NCBI GenBank assembly: GCA_965603755.1
Contig: CBFDEF010000001.1
Span: 2,052-66,051 of the forward strand
From: an uncultured Arcobacteraceae bacterium
GTDB lineage: Bacteria; Campylobacterota; Campylobacteria; Campylobacterales; Arcobacteraceae
Direction of reading: 5' to 3'
DNA length: 64,000 nucleotides
This document shows, piece after piece, positions 1 to 9,569 of this stretch (the stretch's first letter is position 1; each line of letters opens with the position of its first letter). The notes under the pieces are model-generated. The model was not told the DNA's origin, ran no database searches, and worked only from the letters and a program-made list of their open reading frames with translations. The position numbers and the translations under genes are program-made.

Positions 1-531
1 GCTTTAGAGTTATATAAAACTAATCAACCTGATTTAATTATCACAGATATAAAAATGCCAAATATGGATGGAATTGAGTTAGTAAAACAAATAAGAAAAG
101 AAAATAAAGATATCTCAATAGTAATAATATCAGCACATACAGATGTTGAGTTTTTGCTATCTAGTATTCCTTTAAACCTAATTGAGTATGTTGTCAAACC
201 TCTAAATGAAGATAAATTAATTGATATATTTGATATATTTTTAGAAAATCAAATAGAAAAATATACATTAAGCTATATACTAAACAAAGATAAAAATCAA
301 ATAAGTATAGATAATAAAACTTTTGATTTAAGTTTAAAAGAGAGTCTGTTCTTAGATAAATTAATGTACTCAAATAGAATAATATCTTATGAAGAGATAG
401 AGTGTGATATATGGGAGGGTAAATCAATGAGTCAAAATGCATTACGACTTTTTATAAAAAATTTACGAAAAAAATTACCCAAAGATATTATAAAGAATAT
501 TCCAAACCAAGGTTATATACTAAACAAATAA
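1..531 (+). CDS. OmpR/PhoB-type response regulator, 5'-truncated by the window edge
   Basis: Frame 1 is open from base 1 (ALELYKTNQPDLIITDIKMPNMDG...), so the receiver domain starts upstream. Receiver motifs 'IITDIKMP' and 'VVKP' are present, with a winged-helix-like C-terminus 'NALRLFIKNLRKKL...GYIL'. Confidence 0.85.
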   Translation, partial: ALELYKTNQPDLIITDIKMPNMDGIELVKQIRKENKDISIVIISAHTDVEFLLSSIPLNLIEYVVKPLNEDKLIDIFDIFLENQIEKYTLSYILNKDKNQISIDNKTFDLSLKESLFLDKLMYSNRIISYEEIECDIWEGKSMSQNALRLFIKNLRKKLPKDIIKNIPNQGYILNK

Positions 532-608
532 ATTACATATTGCCATCTTTTTTCTAAAATTAAAATATTTATACTATACTTCAAAATAATTAAAAAAAGG
601 TATCTAAA

Positions 609-1958
609 ATGGCAAAGAAAAAATCATCTACATTTGAGTGTCAACATTGTGGAGAACAAAGTGCAAAATGGCTTGGTAAATGTCCAAGTTGTGGTGGTTG
701 GGATAGTTTTGTTGAGTTAACAAGTGAACAAAAAGAGGTTATAAAAAAAGTAGCGAAAGCTAGTGGCGAAACTTCAAAAGCAACACCAATAACACAAATC
801 AAACAAGATAATGTAACTAGGTTTTCAACATATAATGATGAGTTTGATTTAGTACTAGGTGGTGGTTTAGTACCTGGAAGTTTAACCCTTATTGGAGGAA
901 GTCCAGGGGTTGGAAAATCAACATTACTATTAAAAATTGCTGGTAACCTTGCAAAAAGTGGGAAAAAAGTACTTTATGTCTCAGGGGAAGAATCAGCAGG
1001 TCAAATTAAAATGAGAGCAACAAGACTTGATGCAAATGAGGATGATCTATTTCTTTTATCTGAAATTTCATTAGAAGCGATACAAGATGAACTTTTAAGA
1101 CAAGATTATGAAGTAGCTATCATAGATTCTATTCAAACAATTTACTCAGATAAACTAACATCAGCGCCTGGTAGTGTTTCACAAGTAAGAGAGATAACAT
1201 TTGAACTTATGAGAAAAGCAAAAGAATCAGAGATTGCTATGTTTATTATTGGACATATCACAAAAGATGGAAGTATTGCTGGTCCTAGAGTTTTAGAACA
1301 TATGGTTGATACAGTTTTATACTTTGAGGGTGAAAGTAGTAAAGAGATACGGATGTTAAGAGGTTTTAAAAATCGTTTTGGTTCAACTAGTGAAATAGGT
1401 ATCTTTGAGATGACACAGAAAGGTTTAGAGAGTGCAAAAGATATTAATAGAAGATTTTTTGATTCTACTAAAGCTCAAAGTGGTAGTTGTTTAACTGTTG
1501 CTGTTGAGGGTAGTCGTGCATTGATACTCGAAGTTCAAGCTTTAGTAACAGAATCTACCTATCCAAATCCAAAAAGAAGTGCTACTGGATTTGATACTAA
1601 TAGATTAAATATGTTATTAGCCTTGCTTGAGAAAAAACTTGACCTACCTTTAAATGCTTATGATGTTTTTATAAATATAAGTGGTGGTATAAAAGTAAAA
1701 GAGAGTTCATGTGACCTTGCGGTGGTTGCTGCTATTATTAGTAGTTTTAGAAATCGCCCTATATCAAAAGAATCAATTTTTATAGGTGAAGTTAGTTTAA
1801 CTGGAGAGATAAAAGATGTATACAGTATGGAGACCAGACTAAAAGAAGCTTCTTCTCAAGGTATCACAAAAGCGATAATTGCACAAAAGCCAACATTAAA
1901 AACTAATTTAAAGTGTTTTGAGGTAGATGAAGTTGTTAAGATGTTGGAGTTATTTTAA
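609..1958 (+). CDS. radA: DNA repair protein RadA/Sms
   Basis: N-terminal zinc ribbon CQHCG..CPSCG, Walker A GGSPGVGKST, RadA motif KNRFG and a Lon-protease-like C-terminal domain. 449 aa. Confidence 0.95.
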   Translation: MAKKKSSTFECQHCGEQSAKWLGKCPSCGGWDSFVELTSEQKEVIKKVAKASGETSKATPITQIKQDNVTRFSTYNDEFDLVLGGGLVPGSLTLIGGSPGVGKSTLLLKIAGNLAKSGKKVLYVSGEESAGQIKMRATRLDANEDDLFLLSEISLEAIQDELLRQDYEVAIIDSIQTIYSDKLTSAPGSVSQVREITFELMRKAKESEIAMFIIGHITKDGSIAGPRVLEHMVDTVLYFEGESSKEIRMLRGFKNRFGSTSEIGIFEMTQKGLESAKDINRRFFDSTKAQSGSCLTVAVEGSRALILEVQALVTESTYPNPKRSATGFDTNRLNMLLALLEKKLDLPLNAYDVFINISGGIKVKESSCDLAVVAAIISSFRNRPISKESIFIGEVSLTGEIKDVYSMETRLKEASSQGITKAIIAQKPTLKTNLKCFEVDEVVKMLELF

Positions 1959-3394
1959 GGCATATACAAAGGAAGTGTTATTATAAAACAAGCACCATCC
2001 TTGGTATTTTCAACACTTATTGTAGCTTCTCTTTTTTCTAAAAACATTTTTGACATATAAAGTCCCATCCCCGTACCTTTGTCATCACTTTTTGTTGTAA
2101 AGTTCACATCAAATATGTTTTTTATTATATTTTGTGGGATTCCACCTGCATTGTCGCATACTTTTAAGATTGCTTTATCTTTATTTATTAAAATATTAAA
2201 ATCTATATTTCTATTTTTAATATCATGTTCTACAAACGCATCTTTTGTATTTCCAATAAGATTAATTATTACATGCTTAAACTCTTCGGGTATAACACTT
2301 ACTTTTGCATTTAAATCACCTGTTATAGTAATAATTATATTGCTAAGTGAAATATCGTCTTTGATTAAAGTGTAACTTGATTCAATAATATCCTTTAATA
2401 GAACATTTGTAGTTATTTTATTGTCTCTAAAAAAACTTCTAAACTCATCTAATGTTTCAACTAAATGTTCAATTACTTTATCTATCTCTTGGGAAGATTT
2501 TAATATATCATCATTTGTAAGCTCTTGAATCTGTGATAATATTACCAGCTCATGAGATCTTGCTCTTATTACCCCTAGAGGCTGTTTCCATTGATGAGCA
2601 ACAATATCTATAATATCACCCAAAGAGGCTCTTAAAGCTTGTTTTTCAAGTATTATATCTTTATCTTTACTATTTTGAACCTCTAGTTCAACCTTATCTT
2701 CTAAATCTTTATTTAAATAATATAGTTTTTCATATGCATCTTCAATTGCTTTTGAAAGGTATCCAAATTCATCTTTTTTAACATGGTCTATATTTAATCT
2801 TTCATTTTCCTTTGTCGTCTTGAGCTTATTAATTATTTTATTTATAGGTCTTACTATTATATATGACAGAATATAAGATACAACAAATATAATCAATAAA
2901 GATATTGCTAATCTAAAAATAACCTGCTTTTGTAAATCTTCTTTATCTTTATTAAATAACTCAATATTATTTTTAATTATCAAATATCCAAGTTCTTTAG
3001 TTCCTAAGCTAATATCTTTATAAAAAATATTTGATTTATTAATTGAATGGTTTTTTAAATCATTAAAACCTTCATATTGTTTAAATTGTATCTTATCCAT
3101 ATCTCTTTGTGCAAAGATATAACCTTTTTTATTTAATATGAATATATCATCAATATATTCATTATCAAAACTACTAAGAGTATCTTTTATTTTAGTATAA
3201 TTTAAATTGTAAAGATCACTGTTAGTATTTCTTTCTATAAGCTTTGCCGTGCTTTTATTTAAATTAGACAAATATTTTACATGCTGCTTATTATTTTCAT
3301 ATATATCAAAATAAGAATCGATACCTACAAATATTGAAAATATAATTGATATTAAGTAAAATAACTTAAACTTTACACTATAGAATCTACTCAC
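1955..3394 (-). CDS. Membrane sensor histidine kinase
   Basis: Two TM segments flank a ~150-aa periplasmic region. H-box 'VAHQWKQPL'; HATPase motifs 'DNAGGIP' and 'GTGMGLYMSK'. GTG start overlaps the stop of the upstream SBP gene by 1 nt. Confidence 0.85.
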   Translation of the reverse strand: MSRFYSVKFKLFYLISIIFSIFVGIDSYFDIYENNKQHVKYLSNLNKSTAKLIERNTNSDLYNLNYTKIKDTLSSFDNEYIDDIFILNKKGYIFAQRDMDKIQFKQYEGFNDLKNHSINKSNIFYKDISLGTKELGYLIIKNNIELFNKDKEDLQKQVIFRLAISLLIIFVVSYILSYIIVRPINKIINKLKTTKENERLNIDHVKKDEFGYLSKAIEDAYEKLYYLNKDLEDKVELEVQNSKDKDIILEKQALRASLGDIIDIVAHQWKQPLGVIRARSHELVILSQIQELTNDDILKSSQEIDKVIEHLVETLDEFRSFFRDNKITTNVLLKDIIESSYTLIKDDISLSNIIITITGDLNAKVSVIPEEFKHVIINLIGNTKDAFVEHDIKNRNIDFNILINKDKAILKVCDNAGGIPQNIIKNIFDVNFTTKSDDKGTGMGLYMSKMFLEKREATISVENTKDGACFIITLPLYMP

Positions 3395-4218
3395 TATAGA
3401 CCTTTAACTATTTTATTATCTTCTATTGTTATAGGTGAAAACTTTTTTGTCTTTGAGAATTTTTTTAATACTTCAATACCCTCTTTTTCTTTGTCCATAT
3501 CATATAAGATATTTAAAATATAAGTTTTTAAATCTTCGTTTATATTTTTTGAAAATGATACAAGATGTCTAGGGATAAGTTGCGATTTGTATATCACTTT
3601 AAAAAGATTTTGATCAAGAGATTTAAAAGATTTATCATCCAAAACTGCAGCATCTGCTTTTCCAAACATCACCCATGCTACACTATTTTGTTCGCTCTTT
3701 GAAAATATAAAGTTTACACTGTCACTTTTCCAATATTCTGATAAAATCAATCCTTCATTTAAGATTGCCTTTTTAGGAATATAATATCCTGATGTTGAAT
3801 ATTTATCTTCAAAAACTATAGTTTTACCTTTTAAGTCACTTATTTTTTCTATATCGCTATCTTTTTTTGTAAAAATAAAACTTTTATAACCCTCTTTACC
3901 TTTTTTCCATCTTTTACATGCAGTAGTCATATCTGTATCTTTTTGGACAAGAAGTGTGGGATAAACACTATCTATGTATATATCCATTTTTTTTCTATTT
4001 ATAAGTTGAACTGCTGTACTTATATCTTTTGCAATCTCTACATTTACTTTTGTATTTTTTTTCATTAGTTTTTTCTGCAGATAATCAGCTAATATTTGAA
4101 ATTTATATATCTTCTCTTTTGGTTCACTATCTATTGTTCCTATCGTGATTTGATTGTTTCCGTATATATTTGAAAACAGTATAGTAGCAAGTATTATTAA
4201 TCTCATAAAAATCTCCAT
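3394..4218 (-). CDS. Periplasmic solute-binding protein, PhnD-like (phosphonate/phosphite-type ABC SBP fold)
   Basis: Signal peptide MRLIILATILFSNIYG. Type-2 SBP-like pattern ('IYIDSVYP', 'STSGYYIPK', 'AAVLDD'). No ABC permease or ATPase gene is adjacent. The true start may be Met5 (4206). Confidence 0.6.
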   Translation of the reverse strand: MEIFMRLIILATILFSNIYGNNQITIGTIDSEPKEKIYKFQILADYLQKKLMKKNTKVNVEIAKDISTAVQLINRKKMDIYIDSVYPTLLVQKDTDMTTACKRWKKGKEGYKSFIFTKKDSDIEKISDLKGKTIVFEDKYSTSGYYIPKKAILNEGLILSEYWKSDSVNFIFSKSEQNSVAWVMFGKADAAVLDDKSFKSLDQNLFKVIYKSQLIPRHLVSFSKNINEDLKTYILNILYDMDKEKEGIEVLKKFSKTKKFSPITIEDNKIVKGL

Positions 4219-4309
4219 TAATATTATTTCAAAATTTTATTACACTAGCTTTAAGTGTATTAAATAATATTTAGTATTCTACAAGAAAGATGTTTAATAA
4301 TAGGCTTAT

Positions 4310-5323
4310 TTAAATTTTCTTGAGTGCAATCTTCAAACTATTTATACTCTTTTCACTTTTAACTGCAACTCGTATAAAGCTATCATCTAAAAAGTCAAAG
4401 TTAGAACAATCTCTTATCATAATATTGTAAGGGCTTAGTAACTCTTGAAACTGATTTGCTTTTATATCTTTTAGTTGTACTAAAACATAGTTTGCACTAG
4501 ATGGTAAGATATGAGAGATATATTTACTTCCATTTAAAACTTTAGTTAATAACTCTTTATTTCTAATATTTATAGCTTTTGATATTTTTATAAAGTTTTT
4601 ATCTTTAATAGCACTTTTTATATACTCTTGATCAAACTGTGATATTTTCCACATAGGTTCAAACTCTTTTAGTTTTTCAATATTATTTTTCGAAGAGATT
4701 ATTGTCCCTACTCTTATCCCAGCACTACTGTAAAACTTTGTCATTGATTTTAATATATATAGTTTATCATAAGTTTCAAGGTATTTTATAATAGATTGAA
4801 ATGATGTAAAATCTAAAAATGACTCATCTATTAAAATAGTACAGTTTTTATCAATCCACATTCTCATAAGATTATCAATATCATAAAAAGTACCATCAGG
4901 TGTTGAAGGGTTTACAAATACTACAAGAGAGTTTGGTAATATCTCTTTATCAAGCTCTATAAATCTATTTATATAATCTATTGTATAGTCAAACTTTATT
5001 GCTGCCTTTTTATACTCTAAATATGCAGGAGAGTATATATAACAATGTTTAGTATCAAAAGTTCTAAACAAAGAAAATATTGCACTACTTCCACCATTAA
5101 ATAGTTCTATCTGATTTGGCTCTACATTATAGAGTTCAGCAATACTAGAATATAAATCTTCATAAGATGGATAAGCAGATATATCAAGATTATTAAAATC
5201 AACATCTATATCTGGTTTTATAAAGTTTATATTTGATGATAAATCAATAACCTCTTCTATAGTACAATTTTGATCTTTTGCAAATAATTTTACATCGCCG
5301 CCATGTGAAAAACTAATCTCCAT
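4310..5323 (-). CDS. Class I/II PLP enzyme, CobD-like L-threonine-O-3-phosphate decarboxylase
   Basis: N-terminal 'SHGGDV...VIDLSSNINFIKP' is characteristic of CobD. PLP-lysine context 'SMTKFYSSAGIRVG'. 337 aa. Confidence 0.7.
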   Translation of the reverse strand: MEISFSHGGDVKLFAKDQNCTIEEVIDLSSNINFIKPDIDVDFNNLDISAYPSYEDLYSSIAELYNVEPNQIELFNGGSSAIFSLFRTFDTKHCYIYSPAYLEYKKAAIKFDYTIDYINRFIELDKEILPNSLVVFVNPSTPDGTFYDIDNLMRMWIDKNCTILIDESFLDFTSFQSIIKYLETYDKLYILKSMTKFYSSAGIRVGTIISSKNNIEKLKEFEPMWKISQFDQEYIKSAIKDKNFIKISKAINIRNKELLTKVLNGSKYISHILPSSANYVLVQLKDIKANQFQELLSPYNIMIRDCSNFDFLDDSFIRVAVKSEKSINSLKIALKKI

Positions 5324-6125
5324 ACCAATCCTTTTCGCTACTTTTTATACTTTCTAATTTATTAATTAGTTCATCGCTATTATAACTATTTATATATCTT
5401 GTAGTTGCATAATATATTAAGGCATATTTCATATACTCTATAAACTCTATTTTTTCTATATCTATACAATAAGTATCTAACAAAATATCTAATTTTTCAT
5501 TATTAAGTACCTCTTCATCAAAGCACCAAGATATTGCAACAACAGCTAAATCAAATAAAAAATCACCCTCACAAGCTTCATTATAATCATAAACACCCAT
5601 AATCTTATTATCTTTAAACTTTACATTATCAGTAAACATATCTCCATGTATAATACCGTCATTTTTCAACTCTATTTTTATATCTAAAAAATATTCTAAA
5701 AGTTTATTATTTTTTGATAATTTAATTAACTCTTTAACTCTTTTATATTTATATAGTTTTGTATTTGATGATTTCTCATTTTTGGTTATACAATGCTGTT
5801 TCTTTAAAAATGTCCCTATTTGTTTGATATCTTCTATATCAGGATTTTTTATACTATTACCAATAATTTGAGTATATACTATTGCGTACTTACCATCAAT
5901 TGTAAATATATCAACAACTCTAGGTACTATTAAATTTTCTAATTTATTTAATAAATTTTGTTCATTTAGAATTTGTTGTTTTTTTTGATTTTCAAATACT
6001 TTTAAAACATAAATATTGTCAAGTAGATATACACTGTCAGTTATGCCATCTATTGTTTCTATTAAGTTATATTTTTGATATCTCTTTGGTAGTTGTTTTT
6101 TTGATATTCTTGTTTTTATACCCAT
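5313..6125 (-). CDS. APH-fold small-molecule kinase (homoserine kinase type II / COG2334-like)
   Basis: 'GITDSVYLLDNIYVLKVFE' N-lobe, catalytic 'IIHGDMFTDNVKF' and 'GVYDYNEACEGDFLFDLAV'. Overlaps the downstream CobD-like gene by 11 nt. Confidence 0.65.
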   Translation of the reverse strand: MGIKTRISKKQLPKRYQKYNLIETIDGITDSVYLLDNIYVLKVFENQKKQQILNEQNLLNKLENLIVPRVVDIFTIDGKYAIVYTQIIGNSIKNPDIEDIKQIGTFLKKQHCITKNEKSSNTKLYKYKRVKELIKLSKNNKLLEYFLDIKIELKNDGIIHGDMFTDNVKFKDNKIMGVYDYNEACEGDFLFDLAVVAISWCFDEEVLNNEKLDILLDTYCIDIEKIEFIEYMKYALIYYATTRYINSYNSDELINKLESIKSSEKDWYGD

Positions 6126-6153
6126 AAGGTAAAGATGCTAATACTTGAGAAGT

Positions 6154-7086
6154 TTATGCAAAACTTCCAAGTGACATAAGTCTGTCATATCTTTTTTGAT
6201 CTCTTTCATCTTTACTTAAAGATTCTAACTCTTTTATACTATCTAAAAAGTAATCTCCAAGTGCTTTTATTGCATTCTCTTTATCTCTATGTGCACCTAT
6301 TAATGGTTCATTTATAACATCATCAATTAAATCTGCCTCTTTAAGATCAAAAGAAGTAATTTTTAGTGCATTAGTTGCAGTTTCTACCATTGCTTGGTCT
6401 TTCCATAGAATTGAAGCACAACCCTCAGGTGAAATAACAGAATAAACACTATATCTCATCATAGCAAGTTTATCACCTATTGAGATTGCCAAAGCACCAC
6501 CTGAGCCACCTTCACCAATAACAACAGAGATAATATTTGTATCTAAATCACTTAGTTCAAAAAGGTTTCTTGCTATTGCTTCACTTTGAGATCTCTCTTC
6601 TGCCCCAATACCTGGATAAGCACCTGGAGTATCAACTAAAAATAAAATAGGTAGATTAAACTTCTCTGCTAATTTTGCTGCTCTTAAAGCTTTTCTATAA
6701 CCTTCAGGATTTGGCATACCAAAATTTCTTTTGATTTTATTTTTAACACCTCTACCTTTTTGCTCACCTATAACTACACACTTTTGATCACCTATATTAC
6801 CAAGATAACAAACAATTGCTTGATCATCTGCTAGATGTCTATCTCCATGTATCTCATAAGCATCGCTCATTAAACCACGAATATAGTCAAGTGCATAAGG
6901 TCTATCAGCATGTCTTGCTAACTTTAACTTTTGGAAATCAGTAAGATTTGAATATGTCTTTTCAACTTCTGATTCTAATTTTTTTTCTAAAATTGATACA
7001 GCATATTCATCTGCTTTTGTTTTTGCAACAATAATATCATCTTCAATTTTTTTTAAACCCTCTTCAAAATCTAAATATGTTGCCAT
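6154..7086 (-). CDS. accA: Acetyl-CoA carboxylase carboxyltransferase alpha subunit
   Basis: Full-length AccA-like sequence ('[13 protein letters not shown]', '[22 protein letters not shown]', '[10 protein letters not shown]'). Confidence 0.95.
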   Translation of the reverse strand: MATYLDFEEGLKKIEDDIIVAKTKADEYAVSILEKKLESEVEKTYSNLTDFQKLKLARHADRPYALDYIRGLMSDAYEIHGDRHLADDQAIVCYLGNIGDQKCVVIGEQKGRGVKNKIKRNFGMPNPEGYRKALRAAKLAEKFNLPILFLVDTPGAYPGIGAEERSQSEAIARNLFELSDLDTNIISVVIGEGGSGGALAISIGDKLAMMRYSVYSVISPEGCASILWKDQAMVETATNALKITSFDLKEADLIDDVINEPLIGAHRDKENAIKALGDYFLDSIKELESLSKDERDQKRYDRLMSLGSFA

Positions 7087-7095
7087 CTTTATTTC

Positions 7096-8349
7096 CTACT
7101 TCTCGAACTTTTTCATAATCACAACACCGTTAGTTCCACCGAAACCAAATGAGTTAGACATTACAACATTTAAATCAGCTTTTCTAGAAGAGTTTGGAAC
7201 ATAATCTAAATCACAATTTTCATCAGATTCTATTTGATTAATTGTTGGAGGAATAATACCATCTTCCATAGCTTTAATAGCAATAATAGCTTCAATCGCA
7301 CCAGCAGCACCTAAACAGTGTCCAATTTGACCTTTTGTAGATGTTACAGGAGGACAATTTTGGGCTCCTCCAAATAACTCTTTCAATGCAGCAGTTTCAT
7401 TTTTATCATTAACTGGTGTAGATGTACCATGTGCATTTACGTAATCAACTTTTAACTCTCCACCATTATTTTTCTTTGCCATATTATATGCAGCTTTCAT
7501 AGCTCTTAATGGACCATCCATAGTTGGAGTTGTAATATGATTTGCATCACCACTTTCTCCAAATCCTATAACTTCAGCATAAATTTTAGCACCTCTATTT
7601 TGAGCAGATTCTAAAGTCTCAACTACTAATGCACCAGCACCCTCACCCATAATAAAACCATCTCTATTTTTATCAAATGGTCTTGAAGCAGTTTTAGGGT
7701 CTTCGTTTCTAGTTGATAATGCTTTCATTGAAGCAAATCCACCAACACCAGCACCACATACAGCAGACTCAGCACCAATAACAAGCATTTTATCTGCTCC
7801 ACCTAAAACAATAGTTTTATAAGCTTCACCAATTGCATGTGTACCTGCAGCACAAGCAGTTACAACAGAGATATTTGGACCTTTTAGATTATGTTGAATA
7901 GATACAAATCCACCAAGCATATTTACTAAAGATGAAGGGATAAAAAATGGAGAAATTTTACCAGGACCTCTAGTATCACATATCACAGAATTTTTTTGAA
8001 TATTTGGTAATCCACCAATACCAGATGCAGAAACAATACCAAAACTATCTGCCACTTCATCACTTACTTTATTGTCAACTATAATTCCAGCATCTTCCAT
8101 AGCTTCTTGTGAAGCATGGATACCTAATTGAATAAATCTATCAGCTTTTTTAGCCTCTTTTTTACCTAAAATAGCAGCAGGATCAAAATCTTTTACCTCA
8201 CCTGCAATTTGTGCAGAAAAAGTAGATGCATCAAATAAGCTAATTGTATCAATTCCTGTTTGACCATCAGCAATCGCTTTAAAAGATTCTTCAACATTAT
8301 GTCCAAGTGAATTTATCATACCTATACCAGTTATTACAACTCTTTGCAT
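7096..8349 (-). CDS. fabF: 3-oxoacyl-ACP synthase II
   Basis: KAS II pattern: active-site 'VTACAAGTHAIG', 'NAHGTSTP', 'GHCLGAAG', C-terminal 'NSFGFGGTN'. Confidence 0.95.
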   Translation of the reverse strand: MQRVVITGIGMINSLGHNVEESFKAIADGQTGIDTISLFDASTFSAQIAGEVKDFDPAAILGKKEAKKADRFIQLGIHASQEAMEDAGIIVDNKVSDEVADSFGIVSASGIGGLPNIQKNSVICDTRGPGKISPFFIPSSLVNMLGGFVSIQHNLKGPNISVVTACAAGTHAIGEAYKTIVLGGADKMLVIGAESAVCGAGVGGFASMKALSTRNEDPKTASRPFDKNRDGFIMGEGAGALVVETLESAQNRGAKIYAEVIGFGESGDANHITTPTMDGPLRAMKAAYNMAKKNNGGELKVDYVNAHGTSTPVNDKNETAALKELFGGAQNCPPVTSTKGQIGHCLGAAGAIEAIIAIKAMEDGIIPPTINQIESDENCDLDYVPNSSRKADLNVVMSNSFGFGGTNGVVIMKKFEK

Positions 8350-8478
8350 ATTATTATCTCTCCATATTATTATATATTTATATTATAAACTAAACAAAAA
8401 CTAAATCTATATTTAAATTTTGTTTAATCTAGTAAATTTAAAAAGGATGAAAACATCATCCTCTCTAAGAATCAAAGA

Positions 8479-8703
8479 CTATTTATGGTCTTCGATATAT
8501 TTTAGTGCATCAGCAACTGTTAAAATACCTTCAGCATCTTCATCTGGGATTTCAATATCAAATTCTTCTTCTAAAGCCATTACTAACTCTACTACATCTA
8601 GTGAATCTGCACCTAAATCTTCTATAAACTTTGAATCTTCTTTTACTTCTTCAGCATTACAATCTAATTGCTCTACTACAACTGCTTTTACTTTTTCTAA
8701 CAT
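8479..8703 (-). CDS. acpP: Acyl carrier protein
   Basis: 74 aa with phosphopantetheine site '[20 protein letters not shown]'. Lies between fabG and fabF. Confidence 0.95.
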   Translation of the reverse strand: MLEKVKAVVVEQLDCNAEEVKEDSKFIEDLGADSLDVVELVMALEEEFDIEIPDEDAEGILTVADALKYIEDHK

Positions 8704-8769
8704 TTGTCTTCCTTTTATTAAATTTCACATCATTATATCATAGTTTATTTAAAAATTTTCTTTTTAAAT

Positions 8770-9513
8770 TTATACGTATAATCCACCATTAACTTTTAAA
8801 ATTTCACCTGTAATATATGTTGAGTGGTCACTTAAAAGAAATGCAACTGCATCAGCTACCTCTTTTGCTTCACCAAATCTTTTAAGTGGTATATTTTTTG
8901 TGTATTCATCTTTTACCTCTTGCTTTAATTCATCAGTCATATCAGTTCTAATAAAACCAGGAGTTACAGCATTAAATCTAATCGCTCTAGCACTTCCCTC
9001 TTTGGCAAATGCTTTAGTCATTGTATTTACTCCACCCTTAGAAGCAGAATAGTTTGTTTGACCTGGATTTCCCATCTCACCAACAATTGAAGAGATATTT
9101 ACAACTGCCCCAAACTTCTTTTTACTCATTGTTTTTAAAGCATCTCTACACCCAATAAATGTTGACTTTAGATTTGCATTTATAACATCATCAAAATCAT
9201 CCACAGACATTCTTATTGCAAGCTTATCTTTAGTAATACCAGCATTATTTACCAAATATGATAAAGCTCCATCACTATCAACAATTACTTTAATCATATC
9301 TGCCCAATCAGATTCAACAGACACGTCACCTTTAATTACAGCAGCTTCTCCACCATTTGCTTTGATCTCATCCATAACAGCGTCAGCCAACTCTGGTTTA
9401 CTTCTATAATTAATCCAAACTTTTAAACCATAAGTTGCTAATTCTTTTGCAACTTGGGCTCCAATACCTTTACTTGCACCTGTAACTAAAACATTTGTTC
9501 CTGTAAACTTCAT
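8770..9513 (-). CDS. fabG: 3-oxoacyl-ACP reductase
   Basis: SDR with 'VTGASKGIG', 'NNAGIT', 'YSASKGG'. fabG-acpP-fabF-accA context. Confidence 0.95.
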   Translation of the reverse strand: MKFTGTNVLVTGASKGIGAQVAKELATYGLKVWINYRSKPELADAVMDEIKANGGEAAVIKGDVSVESDWADMIKVIVDSDGALSYLVNNAGITKDKLAIRMSVDDFDDVINANLKSTFIGCRDALKTMSKKKFGAVVNISSIVGEMGNPGQTNYSASKGGVNTMTKAFAKEGSARAIRFNAVTPGFIRTDMTDELKQEVKDEYTKNIPLKRFGEAKEVADAVAFLLSDHSTYITGEILKVNGGLYV

Positions 9514-9569
9514 ATATCACTCCTTATTTGTATTATTTTAACATTTATTAAATTAAATTTTATTCACTA

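Noticed and set aside
8420-8743. Antisense or shadow ORFs in the track. Examples: 194-442, 2079-2375, 8420-8743, 12529-12798, 15001-15435, 24779-25072, 27180-27713, 32941-33186, 35875-36242, 40024-40254, 55224-55466, 56194-56687, 57807-58244, 58791-59093, 61317-61638.
   Set aside because: Each lies fully inside a well-supported gene on the opposite strand or in another frame. Their composition is low-complexity and Phe/Ile/Ser/Leu-rich, typical of AT-rich antisense frames, and they have no recognisable motifs.
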